Part shown: positions 1 to 5,295 of the stretch, piece after piece
Position numbering within the stretch: the stretch's first letter is position 1
How the letters are laid out: the number at the start of each line of letters is the position of its first letter
Program-made: the position numbers and the translations under genes
Notes under the pieces: model-generated
What the model saw: the letters and a program-made list of their open reading frames with translations, nothing else
Database searches by the model: none
Told to the model about the DNA's origin: nothing
DNA from: Halalkalibacterium halodurans
Lineage (GTDB): Bacteria > Bacillota > Bacilli > Bacillales > Bacillaceae_D
Assembly (NCBI RefSeq): GCF_004376175.1
Contig: NZ_SNUY01000095.1
Location: forward strand, 1-9,915
DNA length: 9,915 nt
Reading direction: 5' to 3'

Positions 1-20
1 TGACACAATTACTGTAGTGG

Positions 21-49
21 GACTTGGGGTGACTGGCAAGTCTTTTTTT
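21..49 (+). terminator. Rho-independent terminator candidate for an upstream plus-strand gene outside the window
   Basis: The 6-bp stem GACTTG (21-26) pairs with CAAGTC (37-42) around a 10-nt loop, followed by T7 (43-49). TGA at 1-3 could be the stop of the upstream gene. Confidence 0.45.
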
Positions 50-65
50 GTTTACGCACAAAAAT

Positions 66-305
66 TTAGTGCAGGACTCTGCATTTTTCCTTTGCAAAGC
101 TCTGCACTTTTATTTTGCCATACACAACCTTGTTTCTGACTCGTTCAGACACACCACCTTCTTCTCCAACAAGCTTATGAATTTCGTCACTCACATGTAA
201 GAATTGATTGCCTTTTATACTTGAATAAGTAATATCAAGCATAAAAGGCACTATAAAAACAAGCGACAAGACAAGACAAAAAAGGAAACCTGTCTTTTCC
301 CCCAT
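66..305 (-). CDS. Small membrane protein, 79 aa, unknown family
   Basis: ATG at 305 with GGGAGG about 12 nt upstream, inside the end of the preceding gene. N-terminal hydrophobic helix TGFLFCLVLSLVFIVPFML. It lies 5 nt after the upstream ORF, so operon context supports it. Confidence 0.5.
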   Translation of the reverse strand: MGEKTGFLFCLVLSLVFIVPFMLDITYSSIKGNQFLHVSDEIHKLVGEEGGVSERVRNKVVYGKIKVQSFAKEKCRVLH

Positions 306-310
306 ACTGT

Positions 311-712
311 TTACATTCCTCCCTTCAACCCTAGTCGGCGCTCTACCGTAGACGCAACTCGTCCTTTTTCATCCAGAATTTCCACTTTGAACTGGACACT
401 TGTGATCTCTTTTTCAATCTCTGTTATAGATTCATTTACATCTAAAAAAACATACTGAATTCTTAGATCCTTACCATGATCTTTTTGTGTATTGACTATC
501 TCAGTGATAAGGTTAGCCACTACATCTTTTTTGCTAATTGATATATTATTTTGGTTATCCCTCAAGTCCCCAACGTTTGCGGTCTTTAGAGTTGTTTCAA
601 TTTCTGTCACTGCATTCAACGACCCATAATGCTGTGAGTAATAGTACGCTGTAATTGCCATAACCCCACTAAAAGCTAGCCCTAATATTAGATATTTCAG
701 CCAAGAAACCAA
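311..712 (-). CDS. N-terminally membrane-anchored protein, 133 aa, unknown family
   Basis: TTG start at 712 with AAGGAGG 12 nt upstream. One N-terminal TM helix (WLKYLILGLAFSGVMAITAYYY) is followed by a soluble domain of about 100 aa. No family recognised. Confidence 0.6.
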   Translation of the reverse strand: MVSWLKYLILGLAFSGVMAITAYYYSQHYGSLNAVTEIETTLKTANVGDLRDNQNNISISKKDVVANLITEIVNTQKDHGKDLRIQYVFLDVNESITEIEKEITSVQFKVEILDEKGRVASTVERRLGLKGGM

Positions 713-861
713 AGCTTATTGTCTACCTCCTTTCCCTCTTCTCTAACTACTAATCCATACTGACGAGAAAGACCATATAACTCTTCTGCTACGAAAAAAT
801 ACGATAACAAGAAAAACATGACCTTTTGTACCTCATCCTCTGACATAACAGAACTACTCAT
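697..861 (-). CDS. Small hydrophobic protein, 54 aa, below the ORF-track cutoff
   Basis: Hand translation gives MSSSVMSEDEVQKVMFFLLSYFFVAEELYGLSRQYGLVVREEGKEVDNKLWFLG. ATG at 861 overlaps the stop of the upstream ORF (ATGA), and GAAGGTGA lies 4 nt upstream. The 3' end overlaps the TTG start of the next gene by 16 nt. Confidence 0.4.
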   Translation of the reverse strand: MSSSVMSEDEVQKVMFFLLSYFFVAEELYGLSRQYGLVVREEGKEVDNKLWFLG

Positions 862-1046
862 CTTATCACCTTCTCTTTATAAAGTTTGATTAATTCCGAG
901 TCACCCAGCCCCTCAAAATAGCCATCGTGCCAACCAGTTACCCAGACTAAAGTGGCAATCGTTTGTTTCCTTTGGTCACATGTCAATAACCCCTTCTTGT
1001 TGCATTCCTCTGTAATAATCTGATCTATGCTCTCTATAAAGCCCAC
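858..1046 (-). CDS. Hypothetical protein, 62 aa, start unresolved
   Basis: The open frame has protein-like composition (GWHDGYFEGLGDSELIKLYKEK). The listed GTG start directly abuts GGGAGG, so spacing is about 0. The ORF begins only 18 nt after a terminator-like hairpin. Confidence 0.35.
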   Translation of the reverse strand: MGFIESIDQIITEECNKKGLLTCDQRKQTIATLVWVTGWHDGYFEGLGDSELIKLYKEKVIR

Positions 1047-1063
1047 CTCCCATTCTTTTTACT

Positions 1064-1096
1064 AAAAAAAGACTTGCTCCGTAGACGAAGCAAGTC
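1064..1096 (-). terminator. Rho-independent terminator or attenuator candidate on the minus strand
   Basis: The 8-bp stem GACTTGCT (1071-1078) pairs with AGCAAGTC (1089-1096) around a 10-nt loop. A7 on the plus strand (1064-1070) reads as a T7 tract after the stem on the minus strand. Confidence 0.55.
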
Positions 1097-1274
1097 CTTA
1101 AAAATAATTCTATATTTTCCCACGCTACAAATATATCACAGGAAGCGTCCTTTTTCAGTTCTTAAAAAGTACTGAAAAAGTCCAACAATATAATCAGTTA
1201 TTTTTACGGATATTCGGATTATCTGGTGGAATACCCTTTGTTTTTGTTATGTCGCTATATGATCGTACTGCGAC

Positions 1275-1472
1275 TCAACCCATGCTTTCAAACATATCTT
1301 CTTCTGTTGGTTTTTTGTTTATTTCTTCAAAAGCTAATAGTGTCATTTCGATTTGCTCTAACGAAGGGCAATCTTCTGATTCAGCTATATATCTTTGTAT
1401 CTTGGTTAAAAAACTAGGGCATAAAGTCCAGCCACATTTCTTATTATCTTCATTTGCTTTTTGCAATCTCAT
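1275..1472 (-). CDS. Hypothetical small acidic protein, 65 aa, with three Cys
   Basis: ATG at 1472 is preceded by AAGGAGG with an 8-nt spacer (ataaggaggtaattaaATG). Two overlapping plus-strand ORFs lack any Shine-Dalgarno sequence. Confidence 0.6.
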   Translation of the reverse strand: MRLQKANEDNKKCGWTLCPSFLTKIQRYIAESEDCPSLEQIEMTLLAFEEINKKPTEEDMFESMG

Positions 1473-1532
1473 TTAATTACCTCCTTATTATTCCCCTTTC
1501 CAATAAGCCGTTTGTTCGAACTATTCATTAAC

Positions 1533-1829
1533 TCACATATCATCAAACGGTTTTTCTCTAACAAATTCCTTACCATTAAACCAATTTGCGAACTTCCAAA
1601 TGAATGCAGTTAAGTCAATCGCACCTTCACTTTTAAAATGACCTAAAGAATCTTGAATTTCTTTATCTGTTACACCAGCCTGTTTTAATACCTCTCTGTT
1701 GTCTTTTGTATCTTCGATTAAGGCATAATATAAAACTTCTCCGTCTGCATCAAAATCAACAATTTCAAGGCTATTTAGTAAAGGTAAAGCAGTGTCTAAC
1801 CAATCTTTTTCACCATATTTATTAGGCAT
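1533..1829 (-). CDS. Hypothetical acidic protein, 98 aa
   Basis: ATG at 1829 with AAGGGTGAG about 5 nt upstream. I counted 21 Asp/Glu against 11 Lys/Arg. No family recognised. Confidence 0.65.
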   Translation of the reverse strand: MPNKYGEKDWLDTALPLLNSLEIVDFDADGEVLYYALIEDTKDNREVLKQAGVTDKEIQDSLGHFKSEGAIDLTAFIWKFANWFNGKEFVREKPFDDM

Positions 1830-1987
1830 TTTTTCTCACCCTTTCTCACTGCACAGTATTGGTCTACTGTGTAACATTTATTATTTCGGTAAAATGTCCC
1901 AATTTGTTTTCCACTACATAATCCGATTAGCGATTTTTACTTTCGGTAATTTCCTTCCTATGATCAAATAAATATCATGATTAGCTA

Positions 1988-2019
1988 TTATAAAAGGGAC
2001 TAAGGATTCACTTAGTCCC
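1988..2019 (-). terminator. Rho-independent terminator of the surface-protein gene
   Basis: A perfect 9-bp stem, GGGACTAAG (1996-2004) with CTTAGTCCC (2011-2019), around a 6-nt loop. TTTTAT follows the stem on the minus strand. It lies 12 nt after the stop at 2031. Confidence 0.7.
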
Positions 2020-2030
2020 CATATAATAAT

Positions 2031-3128
2031 TTATTTTCCGAATAAAGCCTTAAGTTTACTAATCAATGAATTGATAAACTTTTGTGTGGCTTCATTATAC
2101 ATGTATAAAGCAGTTCCTCCACCAACGGTGACAACTGATCCACCGATAATGAATAATGGCGTAGCAGGGAATTGCTTGTCTTCTTCTTCCTGTGTTTCCT
2201 CTTCTAAGATTTCTTCTTCTTCCTGCATTTCTTCTTCAATTTCTTCCACTTCTCCATTTTCTTCATTTCCTAGCAAAATATCAGCTTCTTCTTTTGTAAC
2301 TTCCTGTTCAATTCCTTCTGATTTGACAATAGCAAAATAGCGACCGTTCCTTTCAATGACTTCCGCTTCCAGTTCTAATAATTCATCGACTGTATAGATT
2401 TTCGCTTTTTCTTCTTGAGCTTCTACACTGTCATCGTCTTTATCCTCTATTTTTACGTTGTTGCTTCCAGTGTTATTACTAGAAGAACCACCATTACTAC
2501 TTTGAGTGCTATTACTAGATTGACTACTATTGTTTGAATTACTTCCGCTTTGTTTTGATTCCTCTTTTTTAGTACTTGGATTAGATGAACCCGTATTTGA
2601 TGACCCTGATCCTGAGTTATTATTTTTATTAGAGCTTTCTGATCTAGGTTTATCCTGTTTTTTTGGTTGTTCTTTTTTCTTATCTGGTGTTGGGCTAACC
2701 GGTTTTGGTTCTGGTTTTGGTTCTGGTTTTGGTTCTGGTTTTGGTTCTGGTTTTGGTTCTGGTTTTGGTTCTGGTTTTGGTTTATTTTGTTCTTTGACAA
2801 TAGTTGTGACAGTTAATATAAAAGTTCCTTGTTCAGACCCTTCTGCTACATAGACCGTCACTTTATCGCCATTATTCACTACCCCTTCATAGCTTCCAGT
2901 GAGATAAAATTGACCAGAGTTTGGTTCATATCCCCCTCTCACAAACTTAGCTAAAGCTCCTGTTGCTGACGCTCTATTATCCCCAGTGTGATCCGTAGTA
3001 ATGGTAATTGATGATGATCCAGGATTGTCTGGCGTGTAAAAAGTATTAGCAAGCGCTGAGTTAGATGATGACATCATTCCATAAAAAACAAATACCGTTA
3101 AAAGTAATACTTTTACTGTTTTTCTCAT
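2031..3128 (-). CDS. Secreted, C-terminally membrane-anchored stalk protein (365 aa) with PEPK repeats
   Basis: Signal peptide MRKTVKVLLLTVFVFYGMMSSSNSALA. A beta-rich domain of about 85 aa is followed by the (PEPK) linker, a Ser/Asn-rich tract and a Glu-rich segment. The C-terminus has a TM helix (PLFIIGGSVVTVGGGTALYMY) and a basic tail. No LPXTG motif. I place the start at ATG 3128 (AGGAAGGGA 9 nt upstream), because the predicted promoter at 3153-3181 would initiate downstream of the ATG at 3152. Confidence 0.85.
   Translation of the reverse strand: MRKTVKVLLLTVFVFYGMMSSSNSALANTFYTPDNPGSSSITITTDHTGDNRASATGALAKFVRGGYEPNSGQFYLTGSYEGVVNNGDKVTVYVAEGSEQGTFILTVTTIVKEQNKPKPEPKPEPKPEPKPEPKPEPKPEPKPVSPTPDKKKEQPKKQDKPRSESSNKNNNSGSGSSNTGSSNPSTKKEESKQSGSNSNNSSQSSNSTQSSNGGSSSNNTGSNNVKIEDKDDDSVEAQEEKAKIYTVDELLELEAEVIERNGRYFAIVKSEGIEQEVTKEEADILLGNEENGEVEEIEEEMQEEEEILEEETQEEEDKQFPATPLFIIGGSVVTVGGGTALYMYNEATQKFINSLISKLKALFGK
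2701..2781. repeat. Perfect 12-bp tandem repeat GGTTTTGGTTCT, 6 full units plus 9 nt
   Basis: Read directly from the sequence. It encodes KPEP on the minus strand. The unit length is a multiple of 3. Confidence 0.95.
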
Positions 3129-3152
3129 CTTATGCGATCCCTTCCTTTTCAT

Positions 3153-3181
3153 ATCATATTTTATATCGTCAAAAGTTGCAA
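3153..3181 (-). promoter_or_regulatory. Sigma-A-type promoter candidate for the surface-protein gene
   Basis: On the minus strand: TTGCAA (3181-3176), a 17-nt spacer, then TATGAT (3158-3153). It sits between the ArpU stop and the ATG at 3128. Confidence 0.5.
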
Positions 3182-3198
3182 AACTTTGTACCCATATT

Positions 3199-3642
3199 TT
3201 ATTCTCTAAAAACTACAACTTTTAAGGCGAACGCCAAGTTTATCAAAGCTGATTTTTTCTTTGTATAATAGGCTGTTCGGCTTATTCCGCATTTTTCCTG
3301 TATGACATAATCTGGTTCATCTTCTAAGTCTCTTGTTAAGTATCTTTTTATTATTAATTCTTTATCTTCTTTTTTTAATTTGTTTACACATTGGATTACC
3401 CACAGCAAGAAATTTTCAATTTCCTCTTTTTTATCAATAAAGCTCTCTATTTTACTGTGGAATTGATTAGAAAAGGTAGCATTGTGTTCAAGCGTTGATG
3501 TAATTGAGACAGATTCAAAATCATAACTCAAGGAGTACTGTTGATAATCAAATAATATCTTTTCTACTGCGTGTTTCGTTCTATTTACGTCCACTTTAGG
3601 TACTTTTTTAATGATGTTTTGCTTTTCTATTACTCCACCCAC
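3199..3642 (-). CDS. arpU: ArpU-family transcriptional regulator (phage late-gene type, sigma region-4-like)
   Basis: The 147-aa size, the N-terminal PKVDVNRTKHAVEKILFDYQQY pattern and the C-terminal ELIIKRYL...CGISRTAYYTKKKSALINLAFAL HTH match my recollection of the ArpU family. GTG start with AAGAGGTGG 6 nt upstream. Confidence 0.75.
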   Translation of the reverse strand: MGGVIEKQNIIKKVPKVDVNRTKHAVEKILFDYQQYSLSYDFESVSITSTLEHNATFSNQFHSKIESFIDKKEEIENFLLWVIQCVNKLKKEDKELIIKRYLTRDLEDEPDYVIQEKCGISRTAYYTKKKSALINLAFALKVVVFRE

Positions 3643-3672
3643 ACATTTCCACCTCTTTCACCATATTTCATC

Positions 3673-3690
3673 GTTTACTATAGTGGACAC
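3673..3690. promoter_or_regulatory. Operator-like imperfect palindrome, site 1 (GTTTACTATAGTGGACAC)
   Basis: Lies between the Cro-like stop and the ArpU start. It matches site 2 at 15 of 18 positions and has the half-site structure GTTYAC-TATA-GTRRAC. Confidence 0.4.
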
Positions 3691-3703
3691 TCAAACAAAA
3701 AAA

Positions 3704-3937
3704 TTAATCTACAGTAATCAAAAAAATCTCGTCTACGTCTTTTTTAAGACCACTTGCAATTTTTGTAGCTACAAGAGTTCCAGCTTTTGTTTTCCCTCGT
3801 AAAACTCTGATAAAATAAGAATGAGAAACACCAATATTTTGCGCAAATTGCCTTTTTGTTAGTCCCATTTTCGCAAGGGTTAGTTCTATTTTCATACTCA
3901 CATCTTTTTTCATAAGAAATTTAGCTCTCACCGCCAT
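3704..3937 (-). CDS. Cro-like XRE-family HTH regulator (63-77 aa depending on start)
   Basis: HTH pattern LTKRQFAQNIGVSHSYFIRVLRGKTKAGTLVATKIASGL. It is divergent from the larger XRE repressor. Alternative in-frame ATGs occur at 3913 and 3895. Confidence 0.8.
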   Translation of the reverse strand: MAVRAKFLMKKDVSMKIELTLAKMGLTKRQFAQNIGVSHSYFIRVLRGKTKAGTLVATKIASGLKKDVDEIFLITVD

Positions 3938-4003
3938 ACTCCTTTCCTACTTTTCAGTCAGGTCATATTTATTTCGTATCAGTACCATTATATTACTACA
4001 AAA

Positions 4004-4021
4004 GTTCACTATAGTAAACAC
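4004..4021. promoter_or_regulatory. Operator-like imperfect palindrome, site 2 (GTTCACTATAGTAAACAC)
   Basis: Lies in the divergent intergenic region. It sits 11 nt upstream of a minus-strand TATAAT (3992-3987) and 15 nt upstream of the plus-strand -35 candidate. Confidence 0.4.
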
Positions 4022-4036
4022 TTTTTAATCACTTTA

Positions 4037-4065
4037 TTGGACAATTTTTTTCATCGACTTATATT
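4037..4065 (+). promoter_or_regulatory. Sigma-A-type promoter candidate for the XRE repressor operon
   Basis: TTGGAC (4037-4042), a 17-nt spacer, then TATATT (4060-4065). Confidence 0.35.
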
Positions 4066-4133
4066 AAACAGCTTAAAGCCTTATAATTATTTGTTAGAAG
4101 CGTTTAAAGAAATCCGCTTGAAAGGTGATCACT

Positions 4134-4553
4134 ATGGAAAATAATTTTAGATTCGGGGAATATTTAAAAAGAAAAAGAAAAGAAAAGGGCTTTACGATTC
4201 GCAACTTAGCTTTAAAATCTGGTATATCCAAATCCTATATATCCATGCTTGAGAGAGGAGTAAAAAAGTACCCCTCTGCCCAAGTACTTAATAAATTAGC
4301 TAAACCTTTAGGCGTGACAGAACAGGAACTATTTAAGATTATCGGCTACATGGGAGAACACAATGTAGAAAAGCAAGAAGATAGTAAAGGTGCTATTACT
4401 ACAAGTGATAAAAATAATCATATAATTAATGAAGAAGCTAACGTATTCTTTTTTGATTTAGACGGATTATCTGAAACAGATATACAACAGATTAAAGATC
4501 ATATAGAATTTCTTAAACATAGAGCAAAAGATAAAAACAAAGGTAATGAATAA
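4134..4553 (+). CDS. XRE-family HTH repressor with C-terminal extension (ImmR/CI-like), 139 aa
   Basis: HTH pattern FGEYLKRKRKEKGFTIRNLALKSGISKSYISMLERGVKKYPSAQVLNKLAKPLGV. ATG at 4134 has GAAAGGTGA 5 nt upstream; the listed GTG at 4125 lies inside that SD. The C-terminal tail reads ...NVFFFDLDGLSETDIQQIKDHIEFLKHRAKDK. Confidence 0.85.
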   Translation: MENNFRFGEYLKRKRKEKGFTIRNLALKSGISKSYISMLERGVKKYPSAQVLNKLAKPLGVTEQELFKIIGYMGEHNVEKQEDSKGAITTSDKNNHIINEEANVFFFDLDGLSETDIQQIKDHIEFLKHRAKDKNKGNE

Positions 4554-4602
4554 CGGTATTCCTGTTAATCTTAAAAATAGTACTGAAATAAAGGGGACTA
4601 TT

Positions 4603-5142
4603 ATGTCAGAAAAGAGTGTTAGGTCAGTTAATGAGTCGAAATCATATAGAGTATCTACTTTTTATAAAATATGCTTTGAGACTGTAGTTAGTATTTATGG
4701 TAAACGAGATCCACTTACTGATGAACTAATAAGCTTATATTTTAAGGAACATTTCTCAGAACATTTTAATATTGACGATTTAAAACAATTGAATAAAACA
4801 TCTTTAGCTGAAAAAATGCTAGATGAATTGATTAGATATAATAAATCCTTTAACGAATTAAAATACATTAAAAAAAGTGATCGGATAACAAGATTAGAGT
4901 CAAATTTAAAATCTAAGTATGGAGAAATACCAAGAGTACGAGAAAATATACACTTTAGATTACTTCCCCATTATCAAAATTTCATTACTAATTTTGCAGA
5001 AGGTACAATAGCAGAAGTACTAGAACTTGCAATTGCTAACTATATTACTAATCATTGTAGTACTTTTGAGTACGAATTGATCAATTTATCTTTTCATGGT
5101 CATATTAAACGATTAAAAAAAGAAGAAAATAAGCCCCTATAA
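4603..5142 (+). CDS. Hypothetical protein, 179 aa, with a ribbon-helix-helix-like C-terminus
   Basis: ATG at 4603 with AAAGGGGA 5 nt upstream. The longer ORF from 4546 has no good SD but would overlap the XRE stop (ATGAATAA). The C-terminal IHFRLLPHYQNFITNFAEGTIAEVLELAIANYITNH fits a strand-helix-helix pattern. Confidence 0.6.
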   Translation: MSEKSVRSVNESKSYRVSTFYKICFETVVSIYGKRDPLTDELISLYFKEHFSEHFNIDDLKQLNKTSLAEKMLDELIRYNKSFNELKYIKKSDRITRLESNLKSKYGEIPRVRENIHFRLLPHYQNFITNFAEGTIAEVLELAIANYITNHCSTFEYELINLSFHGHIKRLKKEENKPL

Positions 5143-5157
5143 AATTCTTAGGGGCTT
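5131..5157. terminator. Shared hairpin terminator between convergent genes
   Basis: The 9-bp stem AAGCCCCTA (5131-5139) pairs with TAGGGGCTT (5149-5157). The minus strand has a T-rich tract after the stem (ATTTTCTTCTTTTTTT). The plus-strand tail (TAAATAT) is weaker. Confidence 0.65.
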
Positions 5158-5282
5158 TAAATATAGTCTACTATTGTTACCGTACTCGTTGGCGTAATTG
5201 TATGTTTACTAGCAAGGTTTTCTGTTTCCTCTCCGAATAGACAAAGACCGCTAATCAAAACAAGAAAAATCACTTTGTTCAT
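5157..5282 (-). CDS. phr: Phr-type secreted signalling pro-peptide, 41 aa (not in the ORF track)
   Basis: Hand translation gives MNKVIFLVLISGLCLFGEETENLASKHTITPTSTVTIVDYI. ATG at 5282 lies 13 nt after the rap stop. GAAGGGG sits 8 nt upstream and overlaps the rap TGA. An N-terminal signal-like hydrophobic segment is followed by a hydrophilic pro-region. Confidence 0.75.
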   Translation of the reverse strand: MNKVIFLVLISGLCLFGEETENLASKHTITPTSTVTIVDYI

Positions 5283-5295
5283 TTTTTCAACCCCT

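Noticed and set aside
21-1096. Two hairpins sharing the GACTTG...CAAGTC stem (21-42 and 1071-1096), considered as a possible repeated element
   Set aside because: Only the 6-bp arms match. The loops and flanks differ, so this is most simply two unrelated terminators.
1226-1476. Plus-strand ORFs 1226-1417 and 1249-1476
   Set aside because: Neither has a Shine-Dalgarno sequence. The opposite-strand 65-aa ORF has AAGGAGG at ideal spacing.
2031-2200. Sortase (LPXTG) cell-wall anchor in the surface protein
   Set aside because: The only similar string is FPATP, which does not fit LPXTG. The hydrophobic helix is followed by a long amphipathic basic tail, not a short Arg/Lys stop-transfer, so a TM anchor is more consistent.
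2071-2340. Plus-strand 89-aa ORF
   Set aside because: It is antisense to the Glu-rich C-terminal part of the surface-protein gene. The Ser-rich low-complexity translation is a mirror of GAA/GAG repeats, and no SD is present.
2701-2781. Possible CRISPR array
   Set aside because: The repeats are directly tandem 12-mers with no spacers, and they lie inside a coding frame.
2453-2853. Long ORFs 2453-2800 (minus, NQ repeats) and 2530-2853 (plus, GFGS repeats)
   Set aside because: They are alternative-frame or antisense readings of the 12-bp tandem repeat and the low-complexity tract inside the surface-protein gene. They have no SD, and the composition is a repeat artefact.
3065-3802. Plus-strand ORFs 3065-3268 and 3611-3802
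   Set aside because: They span gene boundaries antisense to the surface-protein/ArpU and ArpU/Cro-like genes. Their Phe/Ser/Ile-rich composition is an AT-rich artefact.
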